NCBI GenBank assembly: GCA_948436005.1
Contig: CAOJHI010000001.1
Coordinates: 1,791 to 65,790, forward strand
Length of the DNA stretch: 64,000 nt
DNA from: an uncultured Lachnospiraceae bacterium
Lineage (GTDB): Bacteria > Bacillota > Clostridia > Lachnospirales > Lachnospiraceae
Reading direction: 5' to 3'
Within the stretch, counting starts at the first letter, position 1, and each line of letters opens with the position of its first letter. Below, in pieces: positions 18,893-28,375 of this stretch. The position numbers and the translations under genes were made by a program. The notes under the pieces were generated by a model, which was given only the letters and a program-made list of their open reading frames with translations, had not been told where the DNA came from and made no database searches.

Positions 18893-20176
18893 ATGAAAGC
18901 ATACAAAGAGATGACCCGGGAAGAACTCCAAAGAGAGCATGAAAAGCTGGAACAGAAGTTTCAGGAAATAAAGGCAGTCGGACTGAAGCTCGACATGTCC
19001 AGGGGAAAACCTTCCAAAGAACAGCTGAATCTGACAAATGGAATGCTGGATGTGCTGAATAGTGACTCAGATATGAATAGTGAGTCAGGAATTGATTGCA
19101 GGAATTACGGGATTATGGACGGTATTCCGGAGGCACGCAGACTGTTTGCCGAGATGTCGGAGGTGCCGGAGGAGAATATTCTGGTTTATGGAAACTCCAG
19201 CCTGAATGTGATGTTTGATACAATAGCACGGGCTGTATATATGGGAATTTGCGGCCATACGCCGTGGGGAAAGCTGGACAAGGTGAAGTTTCTCTGTCCG
19301 GTGCCGGGGTATGACAGACATTTTGGGATTACAGAATTTTTTGGTATTGAGATGATTCCGGTACCGCTTCTTGCGACCGGGCCGGATATGGATCTGGTGG
19401 AGCAGCTTGTTTCTGAGGATACGTCTGTCAAGGGTATCTGGTGTGTTCCAAAGTATTCAAATCCTACCGGAATTTCCTATTCTGATGAGACAGTCAGGCG
19501 GTTTGCACAGCTGAAGCCGGCAGCACCGGATTTTCGGATTTTTTGGGATAATGCATATACCATTCACCATTTGTATGACAATGATCAGGATGAGATTCTT
19601 CCGATTTTTTCAGAGTGCCAAAAGGCAGGGAATGAAGATCTTGTTTATCAGTTTATTTCAACTTCGAAAGTCAGCTTTCCGGGCTCTGGAATCGCAGTTA
19701 TGGCCGCATCGGAGGCAAATCTGGCGGATGCAAGAAAGGCAATGTCTTATCAGACGATTGGCCATGATAAGCTGAACCAGGTTCGGCATGTCCGCTTTTT
19801 CAAAGATATGGATGGCGTACGTGAGCATATGAAAAAGCATGCAGCGATTCTCCGCCCTAAGTTTGAGACAGTGCTGTCTGTACTGGAGACAGAGCTTGGC
19901 GGTCTGGAAATCGGAAGCTGGGTGAAACCAAAAGGCGGTTATTTTATTTCTTTTGATGCGCTGGATGGCTGTGCCAAGAAGATTGTGGCAAAAACAAAGG
20001 ATGCAGGGGTGGTTATGACCGGAGCGGGCGCTACCTTCCCGTACGGAAAGGATCCCAAAGACAGTAATATCCGTATTGCCCCGTCCTTTCCGACATTGGA
20101 GGAACTGGAACAGGCTGCCAGGATTTTTGTCCTGAGCGTTAAGCTTGTGAGCCTGGAAAAACTTCTGGAACAGTAA
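18893..20176 (+). CDS. PLP-dependent class I/II aminotransferase (aspartate aminotransferase-like)
   Basis: LDMSRGKP, PGYDRHF, PKYSNPTG, WDNAY, STSKVSF, NIRIAPS. Confidence 0.9.
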   Translation: MKAYKEMTREELQREHEKLEQKFQEIKAVGLKLDMSRGKPSKEQLNLTNGMLDVLNSDSDMNSESGIDCRNYGIMDGIPEARRLFAEMSEVPEENILVYGNSSLNVMFDTIARAVYMGICGHTPWGKLDKVKFLCPVPGYDRHFGITEFFGIEMIPVPLLATGPDMDLVEQLVSEDTSVKGIWCVPKYSNPTGISYSDETVRRFAQLKPAAPDFRIFWDNAYTIHHLYDNDQDEILPIFSECQKAGNEDLVYQFISTSKVSFPGSGIAVMAASEANLADARKAMSYQTIGHDKLNQVRHVRFFKDMDGVREHMKKHAAILRPKFETVLSVLETELGGLEIGSWVKPKGGYFISFDALDGCAKKIVAKTKDAGVVMTGAGATFPYGKDPKDSNIRIAPSFPTLEELEQAARIFVLSVKLVSLEKLLEQ

Positions 20177-20275
20177 AAAGCAGGGGGTTGCCCTCATTCC
20201 CATAATAAGGTATAATGTCCGAAAAGGGCAGAACCACAGGCATTGTGGAAAAAAGCAGGAGGAACGGATAAAAAG

Positions 20276-21955
20276 ATGAAGCGATGTATGGTATGCGGAA
20301 ATGAGGGAGATGACAGTGCTGCGACGTGCAGCGTATGCGGCAATCCCTATACAGATAGATCAGAAGATGGTTCCGGTGAAGCTGCTGCTTCCGGCAGGGA
20401 AATGGAATCCGAGGAATTGAAGCGTGAAGGAAACCGGAATATAGAATCACCTGTGCAGACAGAAACCGGCATGGAGACAGAAAACAGCGGACAGAGACCG
20501 GTGCAGAACGGAAGTGTCAGACATCCGGTACGCAGAATGAGAAGCCAGCCGCAGATTTACGGTCAGAGCGATTCAGGTTCCGCAGGCGCAGTGTACGATC
20601 AGCAGGGAGCTATCCGTAAAAATGTGCAGGGCAGGGCGCCAGGTGTTTTGCAGAGTGCGGGATATGCGGCGCAGCCAGGCAAACGTATGCCGGCAGATTC
20701 ACAGAGACGTCCGGCAGGCTCAGGTCAAAGCGGCCAGGTCAATGCAGCTGCAGGTGCTCAGAGAAGGCCAGTAGACCAGTTGGTCGGCCAGAACCGTGGG
20801 GTCAATCCGGATGCAGTACCGCCGAGGAGACCGGTAGACCAGATGGCAGGCCAGAACCGTGCGGTTAATCCGGATGCAGTGCCGCGGAGGAGGCCGGTAG
20901 ACCAGACGGCAGGCCAGAACCGTGCGGTTAACCCGGATGCAGCTTTGCAGAGGAGGCCGGGGGCTCAGATGGCAGGCCAGGCCAGGCCGATGAATTCGGG
21001 AGCAGGCGCTCAGAGACGTCCGGCAGATCAGATGGCAGGCCAGAATCGCCCCATGAATCCGGGGTCAGGCCAGCAGGGCCGTCCGATGCCGGCAAATCGT
21101 CCGTTTGCTCAGAACCCGAATATGGCGGGGCGGCCAATGCAGGGAATGCGCCCGGCTGCGCAGTCTGGAGCTTATCAGTCGCGTCAGCTTATGGATCAGG
21201 CAAGAGATATGCTGCAATCTCCGATTTTCCTGATTCTTGCGATTCTGCATACCGTATATCTGGCAGGCTCGATTGCATCTGTTTTCATGAATCAGCTGAA
21301 TTATTCCCAGGCAGTTCGCCTGATTAAAGGAATGGCGTTGCCGGGTCAGGTATCCGGCTATGTTCAGACGCTTGTTTCACTTTTGTCCAAACTGGATTCC
21401 GGAGCAATTGTTGCGAATCTTGTCCTTCATATTCCGGATTTGCTGTTCTGCATTGGCCTGTGGCTGGTTTTTGTTATGGCAATGACTGCAAAGGAAGAGA
21501 TGCCGGGTATTGGATTTGGCTTTTTAAAGGCAACTGTTCTTATTAACATGGCGATCTCTTGTATTGTGATGCTGGCAGTTTTAATTGTTTCTGTTGCAGT
21601 TGTGATTGCTGCCTGGGTATCAGGAAGTATTTCGATGATTGTGGTGTCTGCTGTTGTGCTGGTATTGCTTATTGCAGTGGTCATGTTTGTGATCATGTAT
21701 TATTTCTGTTATCTTGCCACACTGAAAACGTGCCGTTTGAACAGTAAGGCAGGCGAGGATTATGGAAGGGTGTCTGTTTATGTGGCAGTGGTTCATATCC
21801 TTCTGGCGCTTATGTCAGTAATTAATCTGCTTTCCGGTATCGTGAACTCTGAGATTGCAAATATTATCAGCGGTGCGGGAAGTATTGGATGGATGCTTCT
21901 GTTTGCTTTGTGGATTTTCCTTTACAGAGGAAAGATGAGTGAATATGAGGCGTGA
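20276..21955 (+). CDS. membrane protein with N-terminal zinc ribbon and repeat-rich disordered region
   Basis: CMVC..CSVC, Pro/Gln/Arg-rich repeats, about 6 C-terminal TM helices. Confidence 0.7.
   Translation: MKRCMVCGNEGDDSAATCSVCGNPYTDRSEDGSGEAAASGREMESEELKREGNRNIESPVQTETGMETENSGQRPVQNGSVRHPVRRMRSQPQIYGQSDSGSAGAVYDQQGAIRKNVQGRAPGVLQSAGYAAQPGKRMPADSQRRPAGSGQSGQVNAAAGAQRRPVDQLVGQNRGVNPDAVPPRRPVDQMAGQNRAVNPDAVPRRRPVDQTAGQNRAVNPDAALQRRPGAQMAGQARPMNSGAGAQRRPADQMAGQNRPMNPGSGQQGRPMPANRPFAQNPNMAGRPMQGMRPAAQSGAYQSRQLMDQARDMLQSPIFLILAILHTVYLAGSIASVFMNQLNYSQAVRLIKGMALPGQVSGYVQTLVSLLSKLDSGAIVANLVLHIPDLLFCIGLWLVFVMAMTAKEEMPGIGFGFLKATVLINMAISCIVMLAVLIVSVAVVIAAWVSGSISMIVVSAVVLVLLIAVVMFVIMYYFCYLATLKTCRLNSKAGEDYGRVSVYVAVVHILLALMSVINLLSGIVNSEIANIISGAGSIGWMLLFALWIFLYRGKMSEYEA
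20700..21070 (+). repeat. 60-bp coding tandem repeats (RRPVDQMAGQNRAVNPDAVP-like)
   Basis: about 6 imperfect 20-aa copies. Confidence 0.8.
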
Positions 21956-21991
21956 TGCTGTTCAAGTATAAAAAATAAAATCGTATTGATC

Positions 21992-22028
21992 AGGCTGCGG
22001 TCCTTAAAACACTGGGATCGCAGCTTTT
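21992..22028 (+). terminator. rho-independent terminator
   Basis: AGGCTGCGGTCC...GGATCGCAGCTT followed by T-rich tract. Confidence 0.6.
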
Positions 22029-22149
22029 CATTTTTTTGCTTGACAGTAGTTACGTTGTCTGATAAGATAAACGTGCAGTTTAGCGTAGTAGAGTGATACT
22101 ACAGCAGAGAGAAGGCGGCCCGGGCTGCCGGAAGTGGAGGAGATATATT

Positions 22150-22950
22150 ATGAAAAAAAGCGTATTTTGTGCAATGACAGCGGTTGCATTGACAGCATCT
22201 ATGATGATTGGCACTGTTTGTATGGCAGGTGAGAGAACGACTTTGACAGTAGGATTTGATGCCGAGTATCCGCCTTATGGATATATGGATGACAATGGAG
22301 AGTATACCGGTTTCGATCTGGAGCTGGCGCAGGCAGTCTGTGAAATGGAAGGCTGGGAGCTTGTCAAGAAGCCGATCAACTGGGATTCCAAGGATATGGA
22401 GCTGAATTCAGGCGCCATTGACTGTATCTGGAATGGGTTTACGATGAATGGACGTGAGGATGATTATACGTTTTCCGTTCCATATGTGGATAACAGCCAG
22501 GTGATCGTTGTGGCAGAGGATGCCGGTATTGATGATCTGGAAGGGCTGGCAGGAAAGATTGTCGGCGTGCAGGCTGCTTCTGCTGCAGAGGAGCTGTTAA
22601 ACAGTGAGGAAGAAGGCGGACAGAAGGCTCTGGCAGATACCTTTGGTGAGTTGAGACCATTTGCTGATTACAATACCGCATTTACAGAGCTTCAGGCAGG
22701 TGCTCTGGATGCCCTGGCAATTGATGTCGGTGTTGCCAAATATCAGCTGAATTCCAGAGGAGAAGGGTTCAAAATGCTGGATCAGACTCTGAATAAAGAA
22801 CAGTATGCGATTGGCTTTAAAAAGGGCGATCAGGAGCTTTGTGATATCGTCAATGCAGATCTTCAGAAGCTGACGAACGATGGTACGGTTCAGGAGCTTG
22901 CCGAAAAATATGAGATTGCAGATATGGTATCTCTGAAGGCAGAAGAATAA
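22150..22950 (+). CDS. polar amino-acid ABC transporter substrate-binding protein
   Basis: VGFDAEYPPYGY, GFDLELA, INWDSK..ELNSG.IDCIWNG. Confidence 0.92.
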   Translation: MKKSVFCAMTAVALTASMMIGTVCMAGERTTLTVGFDAEYPPYGYMDDNGEYTGFDLELAQAVCEMEGWELVKKPINWDSKDMELNSGAIDCIWNGFTMNGREDDYTFSVPYVDNSQVIVVAEDAGIDDLEGLAGKIVGVQAASAAEELLNSEEEGGQKALADTFGELRPFADYNTAFTELQAGALDALAIDVGVAKYQLNSRGEGFKMLDQTLNKEQYAIGFKKGDQELCDIVNADLQKLTNDGTVQELAEKYEIADMVSLKAEE

Positions 22951-22978
22951 AGAAGAACAAAAAGCGTCACGACGATAA

Positions 22979-23060
22979 GGGACTGCTGTGAGAGCCGAAG
23001 GGTGTTGCCGGAAAGATTTTTCATCCGGCACAGACACATTCTTGGGTGCACGGCAGTCCC
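22979..23060. repeat. long intercistronic hairpin
   Basis: GGGACTGCTGTG...CACGGCAGTCCC with inner TGCCGGA/TCCGGCA. Confidence 0.6.
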
Positions 23061-23086
23061 CGTGCTTGTTTCCGGGAGGAGAATGG

Positions 23087-23734
23087 ATGAGTATAAACGT
23101 AATGCTGAGGCAACTTACAATGGGATTCGGGCAGAGCTGCCTGATTTTTGCGCTGACACTGCTGTTTTCACTGCCGCTTGGAATGGTAGTGTATTTTGGC
23201 AGAGTGAGCCGCATCAAGCCGGTGAGCTGGCTGGTGAAAATCTATATTTCGATTATGCGCGGAACACCGCTCATGCTGCAGCTTCTGATCTGGTATTTTG
23301 GTCCGTTTTATCTGTGGAAAATGAATATCGGCGGCTACAAGTTTACAGCAATTATTTTGGGATGCTCCCTGAATTACGCCGCATATTTTGCTGAAATATA
23401 CCGTTCCGGTATTGAGTCAATTCCCAAAGGACAGTATGAGGCAGCGCAGCTTCTCGGATACGGAAAAAGCCAGACGTTTCTTAAAATTATTCTCCCGCAG
23501 GTAATCAAGATTGTATTACCGTCCGTGACAAATGAAGTGATTACACTGGTAAAGGATACATCTCTCGTCTATTCCGTATCTTATATTGAAATGTTTGCTG
23601 TTGCGAAGCAGATTGCAGCGGCGCAGACAACGGTTCTTCCTTTTGTGATTGCAGGAGGTTTTTACTACATATTTAATTTTGTCGTGGCATGGGTGATGGA
23701 GCTGTTTGAGAAGAAGCTGGATTATTATCATTAG
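23087..23734 (+). CDS. polar amino-acid ABC transporter permease
   Basis: RGTPLMLQL, AAYFAEIYRSGI.SI.KGQYEAA, LVKDTSL. Confidence 0.93.
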   Translation: MSINVMLRQLTMGFGQSCLIFALTLLFSLPLGMVVYFGRVSRIKPVSWLVKIYISIMRGTPLMLQLLIWYFGPFYLWKMNIGGYKFTAIILGCSLNYAAYFAEIYRSGIESIPKGQYEAAQLLGYGKSQTFLKIILPQVIKIVLPSVTNEVITLVKDTSLVYSVSYIEMFAVAKQIAAAQTTVLPFVIAGGFYYIFNFVVAWVMELFEKKLDYYH

Positions 23735-23745
23735 GAGGAAGCGCA

Positions 23746-24501
23746 ATGAGTCTATTGGAGATGAAGCATATACGGAAAAGTTTTGACGGGCTTGAAGTGC
23801 TGAAGGATATTTCCATATCAGTAAAAGAGGGGGAGATTCTCTCTATTATAGGCCCCTCCGGTTCAGGAAAATCGACGCTTCTTCGCTGTGCGACCATGCT
23901 GGAGAAGATTGACGGCGGGGAGATTTCATATCTCGGTGAGGTAGCTGCCAGTGTGAAAGACGGAAAAGAGCTGTACGTAAAGGGTGAAAAGCGGAAGCAG
24001 ATCAGCAGCTATTTTGGCCTGGTTTTTCAGAACTTTAATCTTTTTCCCCACTACTCTGTTATGAAAAATATTACGGACGCGCCAATTCATGTACAGAAGC
24101 GTCCCAGGGCAGAGGTCTATGAAGAGGCGCGGGCGCTTCTAAAGAAAATGGGCCTGGAGGATAAGGAAAATGCATATCCATGCCAGCTTTCGGGCGGGCA
24201 GTGCCAGAGAGTCGCAATCGCCCGGGCGCTTGCACTGAATCCTAAGATTCTGTTTTTTGACGAGCCGACTTCAGCCCTTGACCCGGAGCTGACCGGTGAG
24301 GTGCTGCGTGTGATTAAATCTTTGGCTGATCTGAAGATCACGATGGTTATCGTTACGCACGAGATGGCATTTGCCCGCGATATTTCCGACCGGATTATTT
24401 TTATGGATAAAGGGGTGGTTGCCCTGGAAGGCACGCCGCAGGAGGTCTTTGGTGCGGAGCATGCGAGAATGCAGGAATTTTTAGGAAAATTTAACGCGTA
24501 A
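23746..24501 (+). CDS. polar amino-acid ABC transporter ATPase
   Basis: GPSGSGKS, LSGGQ, FDEPTSALDPE, VTHEM. Confidence 0.95.
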   Translation: MSLLEMKHIRKSFDGLEVLKDISISVKEGEILSIIGPSGSGKSTLLRCATMLEKIDGGEISYLGEVAASVKDGKELYVKGEKRKQISSYFGLVFQNFNLFPHYSVMKNITDAPIHVQKRPRAEVYEEARALLKKMGLEDKENAYPCQLSGGQCQRVAIARALALNPKILFFDEPTSALDPELTGEVLRVIKSLADLKITMVIVTHEMAFARDISDRIIFMDKGVVALEGTPQEVFGAEHARMQEFLGKFNA

Positions 24502-24524
24502 AAGCAATAGATATAAAAGTCAGG

Positions 24525-24575
24525 AAAAACCTGTTTTGCGGATGACAGAAACGTCAGAGCGTAAAACAGGTTTTT
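24525..24575 (+). terminator. terminator-like hairpin
   Basis: AAAAACCTGTTTTGCG...CGTAAAACAGGTTTTT. Confidence 0.6.
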
Positions 24576-24735
24576 ATTGTGTGTAAGGCTATTTCTACTT
24601 GAAAATAAATATAATATATGATATTATAAAACAAAAAGAGGATATTTGTACAGTAAATGCATTTGTGCTATTTTTCACAGAAAGTCTGTTCAGGGCTATA
24701 AAAATCTGCTACTATAAAGGAGTAATCAGCAATAG

Positions 24736-25623
24736 ATGGATAAAAATTTGATACCACTGAAAGAATTAAACCTTACAAGTCGCTTCTTATTCGATGAGGT
24801 AATGGAAGATTCACAGGCGCAGCAGGATATGTTGAGTATTATCTTCGGCAGAGAAATTCCTGTTTTGCAGCACAGTGAAACAGAAAAAGAGTTTCGGGTG
24901 TCTCCTTTGAGCCGTTCTATCCGTATGGATATTTTTTCTGTGGATGAGGAAGAAAATATCTATAATACAGAGATGCAGGATAAAAAGCGAAATGATCTTG
25001 TAAAGCGCAGCAGATACTATCAAAGCCTTATGGATACCTCGCTTCTGGAACCAGGGATTCCGAACTATAATCTTCTGAATCAGACGTATTTGATTATGAT
25101 TATGACGTTTGATTTATTCGGATATGGAAAATACCGTTACACATTTGCCCCGAGGTGTGAAGAAGTGCCGGAATGTACACTGGAGGACGGTGCGGTGCGG
25201 ATTTTTTTGAACACACGTGGGGAAAACCGGGAAGAAGTCTCAGAGGAGCTGATTCATTTACTGCATTATCTTGAGCATACAACAGATGCAGTAGCTGACG
25301 GATCACAGAGTGAACGGATATGCCGTATCCATGAGCGGGTATGTAAGGTGAGATCCAGTGAAGAGATTGGAGTGAAATATATGCAGGCATGGGAAGAGCG
25401 GTATTATGAAAGGCAGGAAGCACAGGAACGGGGAAGAGCAGAAGGCATGGTGAAGGGCAGAGAAAAAGGGATTGCACAAGTGGTTCAGGCTTTAATCGAA
25501 GCTTATATGGAAGCAGGGATGAGCAGGGAAGAAACACAGCAAAGGCTGATGGGGAAACTCGAGCTGGACGGTGAGAGGACAGCACAGTATCTGGAGACTT
25601 ACTGGCATGAGGCAGATAAATGA
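24736..25623 (+). CDS. Rpn family / PD-(D/E)XK nuclease (putative transposase-like)
   Basis: FLFDEVM, SIRMDI, NTEMQ, KRSRYYQS.MD, IFLNTRG, EGMVKGREKG tail. Confidence 0.85.
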   Translation: MDKNLIPLKELNLTSRFLFDEVMEDSQAQQDMLSIIFGREIPVLQHSETEKEFRVSPLSRSIRMDIFSVDEEENIYNTEMQDKKRNDLVKRSRYYQSLMDTSLLEPGIPNYNLLNQTYLIMIMTFDLFGYGKYRYTFAPRCEEVPECTLEDGAVRIFLNTRGENREEVSEELIHLLHYLEHTTDAVADGSQSERICRIHERVCKVRSSEEIGVKYMQAWEERYYERQEAQERGRAEGMVKGREKGIAQVVQALIEAYMEAGMSREETQQRLMGKLELDGERTAQYLETYWHEADK

Positions 25624-25824
25624 AATTTCTAAAACAGAACAAGAAAGGATACCGCAGCAAAATATGATACATCTGGTGCAAGCATTGATATCGCATTTGC
25701 AGATAAGTTGAGATTACAGACAGGTTCCCTCCTGTTATAATCAGAATATGCGAAGGGAATGCAAACAGTGTGCTTTCATTCCTGACGTACAGTTTTCGGA
25801 AATAAAAAACAGGAGGAAGCATGT

Positions 25825-27180
25825 ATGAAAGGAAAATTTGTAAGGAAAACAGTAATGGCAGGCAGTGCGTCTCTGGCGCTTCTGGTAGCCATGGGAATGG
25901 GCGTTCTGGCCAGGGAAGCAATGCCGGAAGACGCAGGGGTTGTTGTTGAGGAAAACGAAAATTCCAAAACGGGTTATACGGCAACCTTCAAATACTATAA
26001 TGAGGACGCCGCAAAGGTACAGATCAAAGGCGGTTTTCAGTTTTATTATGATGAAGACGAAAAAGTATACTGTGGCGGAATCAACCTGGAAGAGGGAGAT
26101 GCAGTAGAGAATTATCTTGTGAATCCGGAAGACTGGGAAAAGGGCAAGGGGCTTGTCCATGGCGGAGACGAAGGCTATATTGCGGACATGACAAAAGACG
26201 AGGAGAGCGGCGCATGGACATACTCCGTAGATCTTCCGGGCGGATATTATCTGTATGTATACCAGGTATTTGAGGATGCGCAGGATACGGAAAATTATGA
26301 GGTGGTTACAGATCCGGTAAACCTTCCGGCATGCAATGAACTGGGTGCAAAGCAGGTAAGAAGTCAGTTCTATGTACCGTACGACAGCGAGAAACAGGAT
26401 CCGGCGGACGACTGGTCATGGTGCCAGCCTGCACAAAAGGAAGAGGACAGAGGAAGCCTGGAAGGCTTTACCTACGCCGGTGTTGACGGAGATCAGAATG
26501 CAGAAATTTATCTTCCAGCAGGCTATGATGCAGACCGTGTGGAGCCGTATAAGGTTCTGTACCTGTCACATGGCGGCGGCGGAGACGAGGGCGACTGGTT
26601 CTATCAGGGCCATGCAGGCAAGATCGTGGATCGTCTGACTGCAGAGGGCGCATGTGAGCCGTTTATTATGGTCACAATGAATAATGCAGTATATCCGTCA
26701 GGCGGCTGGTGGATTGAATGGGAGGCAGAGAAATACACAGACAATATTATGAATCATCTGATCCCGTACGTAGAAGAGAACTATAACGTATCCAAGGACG
26801 CAAAGGACCGTGCTTTTGCAGGCCTGTCTTCCGGAGCTGTTGTAACAGGCAATCTTCTGGTAAGTAATCCTTCCGATTTCGCATATTTCGGATTGTTCAG
26901 CTGTTCCGCAACGTATGCATGGCCGGAGCTTGAGGATTACAGCGCATATGATGATGTGAATATCTACCTTTCCGGCGGCTGGGCAGACTACTGCGTAAAC
27001 GACAAGGAAAACTACGGGTCGGACGAGGACGTTATGGTTGTAAGCTTTGCAGAGAAGCTTGGCGCATGCGGCGTTACGTATAATGCAGGAAACGGCACAA
27101 AGATTGTTCCGGGTATGCATGACTGGTTTAACTGGCCGCAGGTCATCAGAGATTATGTGACAACGACATTGTGGAAATAA
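25825..27180 (+). CDS. secreted CE1-like esterase with N-terminal Ig-like domain, cassette 2
   Basis: signal peptide; IYLPAGY, VLYLSHGGGG, GLSSGA, HDW, C-terminal LWK. Confidence 0.85.
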   Translation: MKGKFVRKTVMAGSASLALLVAMGMGVLAREAMPEDAGVVVEENENSKTGYTATFKYYNEDAAKVQIKGGFQFYYDEDEKVYCGGINLEEGDAVENYLVNPEDWEKGKGLVHGGDEGYIADMTKDEESGAWTYSVDLPGGYYLYVYQVFEDAQDTENYEVVTDPVNLPACNELGAKQVRSQFYVPYDSEKQDPADDWSWCQPAQKEEDRGSLEGFTYAGVDGDQNAEIYLPAGYDADRVEPYKVLYLSHGGGGDEGDWFYQGHAGKIVDRLTAEGACEPFIMVTMNNAVYPSGGWWIEWEAEKYTDNIMNHLIPYVEENYNVSKDAKDRAFAGLSSGAVVTGNLLVSNPSDFAYFGLFSCSATYAWPELEDYSAYDDVNIYLSGGWADYCVNDKENYGSDEDVMVVSFAEKLGACGVTYNAGNGTKIVPGMHDWFNWPQVIRDYVTTTLWK

Positions 27181-27221
27181 AACACAGAGAATAAATAGCA
27201 GGAATAAACAGGGAAGTAAAG

Positions 27222-27274
27222 AGGGGCTTGCTGTGCGATATGCCTGAAAAGGGAGTATGCGTGCAGCAGCCCCT
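27222..27274. terminator. hairpin after esterase 2 (GGGGCT-family)
   Basis: AGGGGCTTGCTG...CAGCAGCCCCT. Confidence 0.5.
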
Positions 27275-27391
27275 TTGCTGTTGCAAACCGGATGTGATAT
27301 GATGAATAAAACTGTTTTCATCTGCGCGGCTGCCTGATTCAGGCGGCTTCAGGAGGAGATTGTCTGCTGACATGCAGGCAGGAGGTGCAAA

Positions 27392-28375
27392 GTGGATAAG
27401 AGGAAGATACTGACATGTGCAGCGGTTGCTGTTCTGGCGGTTGGTTTCTGGGAAGCTTTTCAGATACAGGAAAAGTATTATTCAGAGCGGGAAAAGAGGA
27501 TTACGTTTATTGCGCCCAATGGGGATCCCGGATACTGGACAAGGATTGCGGAGGAGATTGTAAAGGCTGCAAAGGCGGATCAAATGGATGTAAAGTGCGT
27601 TGCTTTCCGGGAGCCGGGTCCTGAAAAACAGGTGGAGGCAGTTGAGAGCGCCATCTGGTCCGGCGTGGATGGGATTATTACGGCAGGAATTAAAGATACG
27701 CCGGAAGTAAAGCGCGTCATTGCGCAGGCAGAGGAGGCAGGCATTCCGGTTGTGCTGGTGGACACTGATATGGAGGGCAGCAGACGGAGCTGTTATGTGG
27801 GGGCGGATAACTTTGAGGCAGGAAAGCAGGCCGGACGGGATATGACGGCTGCTTGCAAAGAAAACGGAAACATATTGGTTATTGTTTCAAACATGGATAA
27901 CTGCAACCAGATTCAGCGGGTAAAGGGATTTCAGGAGATTATGGAAGAAAATGCGGGAATGGAAATCGCAGATATTCTGGAGGGAAATTCAAATGAAATT
28001 TATATTCGCGATGAAGTGGTCCGAATCCTGGAGAAACATCCGGAGATCAACGGAATTTTCTGCGCAGAGGGATATGGGACGCTGTGCATGGGCAGACTGA
28101 AGAGCGAGGCGGCTAAGAAGTATGACACAGTGAAGCTTGTCGGGTTTGATGGAGATATTTATGTACAGGAGTTTCTGAAAAACGGGCTGATTGATGTAAA
28201 CATACAACAGGATACAGAGGGGCTGGGCAGACAGGCTGCACAAATGCTGAAACAAGCTATGGAGGAGCAAAGGAAGTATGAAGACTGTTATGTGGAAATT
28301 GAGTGCCTGCAGCCGGAGAATTACGAAGAGATGAGCCGTTATGGGGATGGGGAAGCAATATGGCATATTTATTGA
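27392..28375 (+). CDS. membrane-anchored sugar-binding-type sensory protein, cassette 2
   Basis: AGGAGG + GTG start; VDGIITAG, GIPVVLVDTD, YVGADN, RVKGF, VGFD. Confidence 0.85.
   Translation: MDKRKILTCAAVAVLAVGFWEAFQIQEKYYSEREKRITFIAPNGDPGYWTRIAEEIVKAAKADQMDVKCVAFREPGPEKQVEAVESAIWSGVDGIITAGIKDTPEVKRVIAQAEEAGIPVVLVDTDMEGSRRSCYVGADNFEAGKQAGRDMTAACKENGNILVIVSNMDNCNQIQRVKGFQEIMEENAGMEIADILEGNSNEIYIRDEVVRILEKHPEINGIFCAEGYGTLCMGRLKSEAAKKYDTVKLVGFDGDIYVQEFLKNGLIDVNIQQDTEGLGRQAAQMLKQAMEEQRKYEDCYVEIECLQPENYEEMSRYGDGEAIWHIY

Noticed and set aside
22030-22150. T-box or amino-acid riboswitch upstream of the ABC operon
   Set aside because: The leader is short and lacks a T-box sequence and a terminator.
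24736-25623. Rpn gene as an IS mobilising cassette 2
   Set aside because: No terminal inverted repeats or target duplication seen, and the family is not shown to transpose.
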